From: Antedon mediterranea
Taxonomy: Eukaryota; Animalia; Echinodermata
Direction: 5' to 3'
DNA: 64,000 bases
NCBI RefSeq assembly: GCF_964355755.1
Contig: NC_092675.1
Span: forward strand, 1,917,812-1,981,811
Numbering within the stretch: position 1 is the first letter of the stretch; each line of letters starts with the position of its first letter. The position numbers were made by a program, and so were the translations under genes. The notes beneath the pieces are model-generated. The model saw only the letters and a program-made list of their open reading frames with translations. It was not told the origin of the DNA and did not search any database. Shown here in pieces: positions 1 through 11,800 of the stretch.

Positions 1-140
1 CAAAAGTTCCTTTGACAACGAATTGCTCATTTACTATACACATTAAGTGATTAAAATGCACCGCAAGACTAACCATTATCTGAAAACCTAAATAAGAATA
101 TTTGTATAAATATTTACATGACCAACACATTATTCCATAG

Positions 141-3100
141 GTGATATTCCACAGTCTCCAAACAATTTTATCGATCAATACGTTTGTGACTGCACGCCAA
201 AGCAGCTTCTTAACGGGTAAAAATCAACGTTTTCATAATTATTAGTACAGTTTGTTTAAGGTTTAGTTCTACTCACAATTCATACAATAACAGTATAAAG
301 TTATAACGAATTACTGAATTGGTAACAGAATATTTATTCAAATTCAGCATCAAGTCATTTGGTAAATAAGCTTCCAAAGAATAATACGCAATTATTGTCA
401 ACTTTAAGTGATCTAGATTTTCTTCTATTTCGGATCAATATTTCTGTAATATCGGTCAGTTCCAAACTATGGTCTTTCATTATGTTGTTCTGGGTTTTCC
501 ATTCAAGATGAAACGTCTCATATTATGTTTGCGAATAAAGAATAGATAGGCCTAAATATAAACTATATACTCTTCTTGTTTATTTCTAGGGAGACTTACT
601 ACGAATGTGTTTTTCAGAGTGATTTTGGAACGTCTAAATAGTAAGTTTGATTAATATAACCTTTGTGTACAACAACGGTGATACTGATTCCTACATCTGC
701 TATCCAAATAAGTTGTTAAAATTCATAATGATTTAATTCATAATATGTATTTAGATTATAAGTCAAAAAAAGAATTCCGGTTTAATTCTCGCTTAGGAAT
801 GTGAACAAAAACATCATGATATGTCGCATTGTGTTGAATTATCCGTCGCAATCAAAAGCAAGAAAATGGAAACGTTAATGTTAGCACAAACGTATATCAT
901 GGCGTTGATACACTAATTAAACACGTAATTAGAATGGTATGTATTATATTTCAATTTTATATCTACTTGATTTCACTTTTAACTTTTTTTAAACATTAGT
1001 AATTTTACCAAAACATCAGCATCGAGTGATATCGTGTTGTGTTGCAGTACTATAGTTTATACGGAACAAGAGGTTATTGATCGAGTCAAATGCTTGACGG
1101 AAAAGGAAGATTTTACTCCTTCAGGTATTAATTAATGGTATTTTGATTATTGCAACGAAATAATTATGTAACAATATTATATTACTGTATAATTAATGAC
1201 ATTATTGCCAAAATCAACAGTAATATGATTGTTAAGGTTTTGATAGGTATTTTGTTGATATGGTTACCAAAAGTACAGTAGAACGTCTTCGGAATCCAAA
1301 ATGGTGTCTCCTTCATAAATTCCTCGATTCTTCACGTGAATTGGGTTCATCTTTACTGTTTAACATTGTCCTCGTTCCTTTCACAGGAATGTTTCTCCTT
1401 AAAAGTGGTGTCCCAAAGTATGGGTTATATTGTATATTATAATATACCAAAAGAAACACTACAAATGTTATTATAAGTAATGATATTCAGGTAACGACAT
1501 AAACATAATGATCGATTTGTTTGACAACTTTAACCTTTTCATAGGATCACCAAACACATTCGATTTTGTCGATGTAGATCCGAATGAGATTGACACTGCT
1601 GGAACTGGCCATTCTGTATCACCAAGTAGTAGTTCGCTGGGACCCAGTGGATCCAGTAATTCGTCACAAACTGGATCTATGTCAGAAACAGTAGGTGGAT
1701 CGCCTATCATTTCTCCACCAGGAACAAGTGGCGTATCTGGATCAGGTAATTCATCTGGATCAGGTGCATCTGGAAGTGGTTCTTCATCGGAATCAGGTGT
1801 ATCTGGAAGTGGTTCTTCATCTGGACCAGGAAGCGGAACGTCGTCAGGAACTTCTGGTAGTTCAATGGGAACGGGAATGTCAGGGGCGGGTTTTGTTACT
1901 GGAGGAACTTCATCTGGAAATGTGTCTGCTTCAGGGAGTTCCATGGGATCAGGAGGAAATGCAGCAGGTGGTAGTGGAGTTTCAGGATCCAGTGGTGCAT
2001 CAGGAACATTCGGTGTCAGTGCATCAGGAACTAACATAGTATCCGGGAATAGTGGATTTGAAAATGGATTTAGATGCCAATGTTCGTACAATAATGTGTA
2101 AGCTGTTCATATAATAAAAAAAAAAACATAATTAACAAATACTATTTTATTATTTTATTCATTTCGGCAATAAACATAAATAATAATTACAAAAAACATA
2201 AAAATATATATATATATATATATGAAAAACAAGACACGAGGCCGAGGAAAGACAAAAGCATTAAACAAACGCTGTCACCGGTAAGGTGTGTCTCTCCAAC
2301 ACATAAATAACAAAACACAAAATCTTTAGATAAGGTCAAAGTTCAGTTTACCTTCACCAGTACAGAAACGGTTTAAAACGTAATACCTGCACAACATATA
2401 ACACACTTCTTATCTTTTAATTTTAGATACTACAAATGTGAATTAGAGGAGGAAGGAAGTGATCGGTATGTGAACTATTTAATTAGCTATTTTCTACTAA
2501 ATACCTCCTTCTAAACATGAACATATCATTGCTTTAAATGATTTAATACCTCACTTAAATTCTAAAAAAAAACCTCATTATTTTTAATTATTTAAATTTC
2601 CAATTTACAGATACTTTACAAGGAATACCTCGTCTCCAGGAATACAGCAATGTTGTGGTGCACAATACATCCTATCAAGTTTACAGGACAGAATCAACTG
2701 CTTTTCATCATTTAAGAGTTGTACGTATATCTTAACGTTTAACTTTGCTATAAAGAGTAGTATGTCATTATAGTAGACTACATTTTTAACAACTTTTATC
2801 TCGTCAGGGTCAGGTAGTGATGCAGGGACTGATGGAACAGGAATCAGTTTAGGCAATACCACTGTCATTTCTACAATTGAAGGTAGAGGATCAGGGGGTA
2901 CTGGCCTAGGTACAGGTACGGGGAGTACTGGAAGTAGTTCAGGCAGCACTGGCACTGGTATTTCTATTGATGGAGGTAGAGGAGCAGGGAGTACTGGAAG
3001 TAGTTCAGGTGGTGGCACGGGTGGAGCAGGATTTATATTTAGAAATGGAACAGGCTTTAATTTTCTCGATACAAACAGCTCTTCTACAGGAGGATCTTTT

Positions 3101-6100
3101 CAGTCCAGCCAATGTTCATGCAAAATTGGTTTAGTCGGCTCAAGCAGGTAATTGATTATAGATTAACATTTTGTTTTCAAAATAAAAAAAGTTGAGAATT
3201 CTTGACCGGTCTTCAGAAGTAATTTGATTTATTAGTAAGATTTAACATCTTTATCAGTGGCGCAACGTAGGTTTAGCACATGTGTGCGCCAACGCTGGGT
3301 ATACACGTTGCAAAGCGCTAAACAATTTTTGAAACTAGAATTGCGCCATGAGCAATGACTGTTGGAATGGCGCTATATGAATCAAACGATTGATTGATTC
3401 TTGAAGCAAACTATATATTAAAAAATAGTTGTTAAATCATTTCAAAAAAGTAAAGCATAAAGTTAGGTATTCAATTGCAAAATAAAATGGGCTAATAACA
3501 TAATGTGTTGGCATCTGGGGATAACATAATTATATATTTTTTTATTATTCTATTTTCAGTGTCTTTTCTTGTTTATATTCCATTGGAACCGGAGAGGAAG
3601 AGACGTAAGCATTGTTTGTTAATATTCAGTTTTAAATAGTCATTTATAGAAAACCAGGGCTTTCTTTTGTAAAACAATTTTCTTTAATTTGATAAACAAT
3701 CCGCAATTACATTAATTCGTTAACAGCTTAAGTAAAATCTGATATTGTTACGACAATTATAAAAACCCAACGAATGAACATTATTGTTCAAAAGAAAAGG
3801 AAAATAGAATATTGACTCTAATTTAATATGTATCTGTTAATCAATTCAGTAGGTCTAATGAAAAGCGGAAAATAATTTCGTAAATTCACGCTTTTTCAGT
3901 GAATTTCAAATGAAGTCAACGGACCAGCGTATCATTCAGTGCTGTACTCAAATCGGTGGTGACATGCTTTCCTGCTTTCAGAGCTACAATTCCACTGCTA
4001 TTGAAGCCGGAGTATCAGGTACAGGTTTCTCTAGCCTTGGTGCTTCTGGTTCTAGCACTTCTGGTTCTCGGACCTTTAGTACAGGTAGTACTGGTACTGG
4101 TATGACTGGTTCCCGGACCTTTAGTACAGGTAGTAGTGGTACTGGCATGACTGATATGACTGGTTTCGGAGTTTCGCCAAGTTCAACTGGAAATGGATTT
4201 AACTTTCTAAGAAATGGAAACTTCTCAGCTGAAAATTTTGAAGGAAATGAATGTAGCTGCCAGAGCAGTCAAATCAACGGCCAGAAGTAAGATTTTTAAA
4301 ATATAACATATATAACATTATATGGCATTTTACAACATTATATTGTAATTAGAATTAAGAAATAACACTAGACGTTTTAAAAATTCCTATTATCTATTAT
4401 ATTTGATTGTTTATATCTTTCCTTCTCAGAATTTACAAATGCAACATCACTTTTACGGTAGATAACAAACCTACGTAAGTTATCATTATAAACATTCTAT
4501 TTCACTACAAAGTTCACTACAAATTTCACTACAAATTGTATTATAAACGATCACTAATCATTGCAATGAAATGTAACATCGTGCGCTACTGCTTTTAGTG
4601 ATTTAACGCACATTTGTGGTATATTTTACATTTAGAAAATTTGGAGCACAATCGTCTTCAAAAGAAATATTTGAATGCTGTTCTACAACGCTACCGATCG
4701 ACTCACGTGTTGATTGTCTTCTAGCGATAGAGAGCAACCTCGCCAATTCACCTGATGGTATAGTACTATTTGCTACTAAAATGAAGCTTTCTCTGAATAG
4801 TTTCACAGTTTATATAATTAGAAAGATATATAATGACATTTATACTTTCTATACAGAAACGTGGGTTTTCCAAAATTATATATATAGGCTAAATTGTTAT
4901 CAAAATTGAGCTAACTCATGTAATGAACGTTCGTCATTATAGAAACAATATCCGATAAGTAATAATATCGATTTAATTAACTTAAGATTGGTTCCCACTA
5001 GAACGTAACGCAAGGACGTAAACGCAACGCAAGCGTTTTAACCAATGACAAGCGAAGTTATAGACAGTTAGCAATCACAAGCGAATAAGCCATCGCTTGT
5101 GATTGGTAAATTCACTTGCGTTGCGTTACGTCCTTGCGTTGCGTCGCTAGTGGGAACCACGCTTAAGTGTATCTTTTTGGAAACGAATAAAAAAATTGTC
5201 ATTCATGTCACTTAGCATAGCTAACTATATTGCTTCTAACTTGTGTAGGCAACGTGAATCGTGAGTCTGGGTATTTAAGCGATCGAGTTGGTTTAAGCAA
5301 GTCCGTCAAAGAACCAATCAAGACTTCAGATAGTACAACTCTGGTTCCATCGGCAAAAGCGATCCAGGTAAATATTAATATTTTTTAAATTGTTTTTTAA
5401 ACAATAAAACAATAATGTGTAATACACAATATCATATAAAATTACTATAATGATGTTTGTTGTTTTTAGGAATGGCAAGAGCATTCGCCAGGTAGTAAAA
5501 TCGACGAAATGTCATCAGAAATTGTGATTAAAGGTGGACTTTATACGGCGGAAGATTTTATGAAACATACAGACGATTCAACGCAACCTGAGGTAATTTT
5601 TATACAACAAAATCGATTACCTAACATATTTCCAGTGGCGTAACGCAGAGGCATGAGTCTCCTGGTTTAGAAACTCTAATTGGCCCTCCAACGCTAGAGG
5701 CCTTGGATGTTTTTAGCCCTTTTCGACATATTTCAATGCCTGTTTTTTCCCCTGGATACTGCTCAGGTCCCCATAAGCTCCGGGTCCCCTGGGTCTAGCC
5801 AGAGAGCGCTCATAGCCGTTACGCCACTACCTATTCCATTATTTTTTTTATTCAAGAGCCGTGTTACTATGTCTAGTCATAGTAAAAATGTAAGCCAGAA
5901 AGATTATTGTTTTGACCAAAACGCCAGTAATAATATCGTTATTATTCTTTTGATTGTTGTCGGTATATCTCATTTTAGCTTTCAAACACAGTACAGTTGA
6001 TGAAACAGACATGCGCAAGAATTGTTGATACAACTAATAATACAGATGGCAGTATATTACACACGATAGATAAAGTAAGTATAATTCATGTTCGAAGACA

Positions 6101-7044
6101 TTTTCTAAAGCTCTGTCTACACTATCAAAATAGTTTGACAAAAAAGTGTGATGGGATAAATATGGTAGTGATATGCCCAAATATGGTAGTGATATGATAT
6201 CATCATGTCCATATATGGGCACATCACATTTTTTTGTAACATAAAGTTTGATAGTGTAGACAGAGCTTCAGAATGTAAGCCTAGCTACCTTATTATGCGA
6301 AATGTATGACGTGTTTTGTACGCATGCTCTCATTCTTCAATCAATTCATGTGACAGTACAATGGTTTAATAACACAATTTCTTAAATTCAGGTACTGCAA
6401 GCGCCACAATTGGAAGTCTACGATACTATCTCCCGAGATGACCGGTTTTCAACTTTAATCAGCCTAATAAACAATTTTGATGACGTAAAAGAAATATTGA
6501 ATCGTGACGATGTTACGTTTTTGGCGCCAACCAACGATGCCTTCGCGAAGTTTAAAAATGTAGAAGATATGACGAGAGATGAGCAAAGAAGGGTACTTCT
6601 CTACCATATTGTAAACAGTAAGTTAAATAAAGTTATTGCTATTATTTAAATTATTATCAAAAAATGTGATGTTTCCAAATATGGTAGTGATATGCCCAAA
6701 TATGGTAGTGATATGACATCATCATGTCCATATATGGGCACATCACATTTTTTGTCACATGAGGTTTGATAGTGTAGACAGAGCTCTAGGCTAATAATTA
6801 CCGGAAATGCTACAGTATTAAAATATGAATATTAATATCAAATTGTTTATCATTTTTAGGGAGACAATGTTGCGACGAATTTGTTCCACCAATATTCCCA
6901 GGTAGAAAGATGACTGCGGTTGGTGAAACTGTCTTAGTTCAACGTGTACGCAGCGGTTACGGAGCCGTAAACCGATCAAGAATTACGGAATGTGATATTA
7001 CAGCGACGAACGGTGTTATTCATATAATAAATGCAGTTCTTTAA
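141..7044 (+). CDS. Putative extracellular protein, 5' end outside window: 4x unrecognised 6-Cys module, Gly/Ser/Thr-rich linkers and 2 C-terminal fasciclin (FAS1) domains; ~880 codons in window
   Basis: 16 phase-consistent GT-AG exons: 141-216, 590-640, 1000-1124, 1545-2097, 2427-2465, 2611-2720, 2808-3147, 3560-3604, 3900-4286, 4430-4474, 4636-4757, 5249-5367, 5470-5592, 5979-6074, 6392-6617, 6860-7044 (TAA). Second FAS1 has H1 'VTFLAPTNDAF', 'LLYHIV' and H2 'DITATNGVIHIINAVL'. First FAS1 is degenerate ('STTLVPSAKAI', 'GSILHTIDKVL'). Confidence 0.8.
1275..1433. mobile_element. Degenerate Tc1/mariner(pogo)-type MITE
   Basis: Starts TA-CAGTAGAAC and ends GTTATATTG-TA. Internal GGTGTCC/GTCTCCTT motifs resemble copies at ~17710-17850, 56162-56325 and 59628-59812. 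Confidence 0.4.
4985..5163. mobile_element. PIF/Harbinger-like MITE family B (TIR AGCTTGGTTCCCACTAG)
   Basis: Inverted termini TGGTTCCCACTAG...CTAGTGGGAACCA with subterminal ACGCA/TGCGT repeats and TWA flanks. Related copies at 16711-16843, ~29389-29561 and 50322-50514. Confidence 0.7.
5633..5829. mobile_element. hAT-like MITE
   Basis: TIR CAGTGGCGTAAC...GTTACGCCACTA. 8-bp flanks CATATTTC and CCTATTCC match at 6/8, consistent with a decayed TSD. A similar decayed element lies at ~3255-3350. Confidence 0.6.
6109..6267. mobile_element. PIF/Harbinger-like MITE family A (TIR AGCTCTGTCTACACTATCAAA)
   Basis: Perfect 21-bp TIRs and an internal 21-bp repeat AAATATGGTAGTGATATGCCC. Flanks are mostly TAA/TTA across copies. 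About 11 full or partial copies occur in the window. Confidence 0.75.
6653..6785. mobile_element. MITE family A copy (left end decayed)
   Basis: Right TIR TTTGATAGTGTAGACAGAGCT plus the internal 21-bp repeat. Confidence 0.65.
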
Positions 7045-7563
7045 CCTTGAAATTATATTGGGATATTTAATGATGATTCATTCTGATTTATCAACAGAAA
7101 GCAACTTTTTGGACAATTTTTTTAAAAATAGTTTCTTCTTTATAAATATATTGGTCTCTTTTTCTTCAATTTGCCATTTAGAATCTGAGTTTTGTAAATA
7201 GGACTGTAATGTCTTTCTTCAAGAAAACGTTTAAATGATGCAGAAAATAACAAGAATATTAAGAGAGATCTTTAACTGCAACATTTTGTACTACAACTAT
7301 TTATATATTGCATAAAAAGCAATGAGAGTGAAAACACATTAAATAATGGGCAAAACGCTTGAAAATATAATAAATTGGATGGTTCTTAATATCATAGTTA
7401 ATCATAGTAGTTATGTGTGTTATGTGATAGTAGAACTAGTAGAAAGTAACTGAATTACTGTAAATACTGAATGACTTCAATTTGATAGGTAGACAATAGT
7501 ATTGAAAAGAATAAACATTGCAATAACAATTGTATTACATTGTTACATTTTAATATAAGTGCT

Positions 7564-7650
7564 TATTCGTCGCGTGCGAGCAACGCGACTCTACAGCTCA
7601 CGATGTCGGTCGGTTGGTCGGTAACACTAACTTGAGCACGCGACTTTTTA
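7564..7650. repeat. Short CpG-rich element resembling a DINE-1/HINE (Helentron-associated) 5' end
   Basis: GTCGCG...CGCGAC hairpin followed by (GTCG/GTTG)n and a second CACGCGAC. Confidence 0.3.
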
Positions 7651-8826
7651 TGTGATTGCATGTATTCTCAACGTTGCTTCCTAGTAATGTCATTTGCTTT
7701 TGATTTTTAACTTCTTACATTAAATATAGTGGTCTATATAGAATGTTTTCATTATTAAAACGAAAATTCTGAGTTTCATTTCTTTTGTTTGGGAGACTAT
7801 GTATCAATTTTATTTTTTAGAAAGAAATAATAATAATGTGCTCTACCAGTTTTTCCATTTAAAAAAAATACATTATCAATCTATCTATTTCATTCTGTAT
7901 ATTATAGGCTACCGGTATTCTGTTTTCGAAATATACACTTTATTAATACATTCTTGACAAATTATTTAGAAGGTATATTTGGGCACAAGATAATTATAGT
8001 TTATTATGGCCTATGTTAAAGCTAAATTCAGAATCATAACTACTGTAAAACCCAAAAGTACCTTAAATCAATATAAAGCAGGTAACGTAACTAGGACTAC
8101 AGTAAAACAATTTTCGTGACTTGAAATCTGCCATAATCCTGAGATTATATCATCAACTACCGGATTTGTTCAGGGATATTCATTTGGCTTACTTTTATCT
8201 TATGATAAAGCATAACGATAATTCACTATTTGTTTGTATACGCCTTTCCCACGATTTGGCAAACACATTCATTGTCATAATATCGTTAAACTACAAGGTT
8301 GGCGAACCACATTGTAGCAAACACCAACTATATATCTAATAACGTCATGCGTATTTCTATGATAATTTTCCCTCCGCATATTTCATTAGATCATACCTTG
8401 GATTGTCAATGTTAATATTTCCTTGTAGGCCTACTATAAAATCGTTCTTTACCGAATTAGTTATGCGGATAGGTTTGATATTCGATTCGCAAATAGGACA
8501 CACATCTTTGATTTGGGTTAAATCACATCATATGGCTACGATTTTTTGGCTCAATATTAAGGAACCTATTAGCAATATTATGGATGAATGGATAATACCA
8601 GTCGAAATTCCATAAAGTAGTTGATTCTATAGCATTCCTAACGCAGGCTGGATGAGGTGGTATTGCAACGTTGACAACTGTATACAAACTCATACTTCAC
8701 TGATAGTCCGAAAACCTATTTGCAATTGTATCCAACATTTAGATCACAGAGATACAGACCAGACGACACCCAACTAACCCTTCAGTGGCTAAGCATCATT
8801 TCTCCAGAGTTTACTTACTTAGGATT

Positions 8827-11800
8827 ATGAATTTGCAGACAGTGTTTATTTTGGTCAGTTGTCTGTGGGCTACAGTAGGACCTGCTGTAAAGTTAGTTGT
8901 AGCAGGCGACCAGGAAATTGGATCAAGTAGTACGGAAACTGGGGTAAGTGTGTGAGCTAGCCTTAAATCGCACTCGGAACACTATCGAATTTAACATTAA
9001 GCTACATTTATTTAGCTACATGGTATTTATCTAACATATTTAATCGTTATTTTCTCTATTAATTTATATTATGTTAATGTTTTAGTTAATGTAGGCATAT
9101 TCATAATTGAAAAGTACTAAAACAGATTTTCATTTATATCCTTAAATACCGGTAAACTTATTTAAAAAAGGATGAGAAAGAAATATAATATTGTAACGCA
9201 GTTTGTTTCGGGTTGTGGGTGGTATGGGTGGTGCCTGGATTATTGTGTTGTGTTTTTTGGTGTGTTTATCATGTGTGATTTTCATTGCAATTTTGGTTTG
9301 ATTAACTTGAAGCTTTCTTAAATCATGGAGGAAATATATCTGTATGTATTTTCTCCATGCTTAAATTTTCCTTTAATTTTGTAATGGTTGGTTTTTTCAA
9401 TGTTGTCAAATGCCACTTCACTGATATCAGTGTTCTATGTCCAAATGAAAATAATTACATGCTATTATTCAGAAACAATTACCAACTATGATGCTTTTAT
9501 TGTTCCACATTCTGAACATCAATGTTATTAACACTATTTTAGTAATGCCAATATATTACAATTTATGTAAAACACGAACAGTGATTACACGAAAACAACT
9601 AATCATTAATATCTAGCTGCTAAGTAAGATTGAATGTTAATAATGATTTAAATAGAATTTTAGTGCACTTGTCATATTGACGGAAATGACCAAAACTAAA
9701 AAAAACCCTGATAAAATCGTGTAATAATAGTTATTGACCTTGAGAATACCATCATGTCATATTTCTTTTCTATCTATCCGACCAAAAATAATAATCAAAT
9801 TTGCTTATAAAAGATCCTAATAATATAAATAAATATAGAAATAAAATGATACTTATAATGACAAAATAAATAAATAAATAAATAAATGAAACTATAATCA
9901 TAACCTGCTAAACCACTGGGAATTAAGAAACTAAATTTTAAATGCATTTTACCATGACCGGTGAAGGGCAAACCCGTCTGATAGTATCTTTAAAAAAAAA
10001 TGGCGAATTCCATTGAGTTGGATTTTATCATCTAGGCCTATAGTTTCGCTCTCGATCCCAACACCAGTCGTAGGCCTATACGCACAAGTGTTGAGCATAA
10101 GCTTAAGATAGGGCTTAATTCGAATTGGTTAGGTCTACTGGAACAGTGCAACACAGCAAGTTAAATAATATTCACGACTCACTGCCCATATAACATTTTT
10201 CATAATATAATTAATTAATCAATAAAATATGACGTCACAATAAATAAATCTAGTATAATAATGTGGACGAACGAACTTTGTAAAGCAAATGATTGTTTTT
10301 TTTAACGTGACTCGAAATGTCACGCAATATGTATCCTTTTTGGATGAAGTCCAACGGATTCAACCAGCATCTGCCAATTCAGTTAGTCAACCCATGATCT
10401 GTTTCTTTTCATCTGTAACATTATACGCTGGTGACAATCTATCAGTTTTATTTTCTTTCATATTTACTTTATTGTTCCTATTTGTTTGTTCCATTTCTGC
10501 TGACCTCATACAACTTTGTGAAACATGCGAAGAGAGTAGAGTGTGAACTAGAGGACTGGAAATGACATGTCACGAGTTAACTTAATAGTCATAGAAATAT
10601 TATATAAACTCTCTGATGCAATCAATTTATACAATTTCACAAATACAGGTATGATAAAAGTCAATGATTTACATAATACTATAACACTTTTTTTCCCAGA
10701 AAATATTCTGGAGACAAAAGAATTTTAACCGTAGACAATCGAATAATCTGAGATATGGATTACGGATTGATAGTCGTAGCAGTAGCAGTAGTTCAAAAGA
10801 AGTATTAAATGTTCAAAGGAATTTCATCAAAATCCGAAATCGGCCGGTAAACAGTATTTCAAGACACGGTACACCAGAGAAAGGTGTTCACCCTTCTCTG
10901 GGACAACGAACTCACATAAAGAGAACAACACAAAAACCGAATACGTTATACGAATACGTTCACACTACAACCAATTCACTCTCTCCTGCTACAAACCATG
11001 CCGCCCGAAAAGGTATGATTTTCCATTTTAAGCGATTTTAGCAATAACATCTTCCTTTCTGTATTTTTTTGGCTTATAATTGGTCACCAACAACTGAAGC
11101 GCATTGTAAATTTTACATAGTTAAGTCAAGGTTTTGCGTGGGATATTGATGTCATTACAAAATCACGCGTATGGCTGATGAGATTGGTAAATGTTTTTGA
11201 TCAACGGGCAAAACCGCAATATTTATTGCAAAAATCATTCAGCATTATAATACTGTAATTTGAATACACTTTTTTTTTACCTTTTTCTTCGCTAAAAACC
11301 TTTGCTTGCCTCAATGAATAATAATGCATCTGTTTGCCACATGAATAGTTCGGTTCAGAAGTTTTTCTAATTTTAGGTTTTTTTATTTAATTTAAACTTA
11401 CAAACTTACATGAATCAGTAAGCATGGATGCAGTAGACGTAGTATTATCAATATTAGGTTACTGTGTTAATATAATATCATTATGTAAAGCTCTGTCTAC
11501 ACTATCAAACATTTATGTGACAAAAAATGTTATATGCCCATATATGAACACGATGATGTCATTACCATACTTGGGCACATCACACTTTTTTGTCAAGTAG
11601 TGTAGATAGAGCATACTACGATAGAACATTGTGTAGTCCTATGATAAGAACTTGGTCTTCAATTGCTCCGATCTATAGATATAATGTATTGAAATTCTTA
11701 CTCCTCATTCATATGTTTTACTTTTATTAGATAACTCGTATGTAGATGTTTGCAACTCGAATCCTTGTAAAAATAATGGCATTTGTTTTAATTATGTGAC

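Noticed and set aside
1471-3018. Minus-strand Pro/Asp/Glu-rich ORFs (206 aa, 137 aa)
   Set aside because: Antisense shadows of the Gly/Ser-rich + strand exons, which have proper splice sites and phases.
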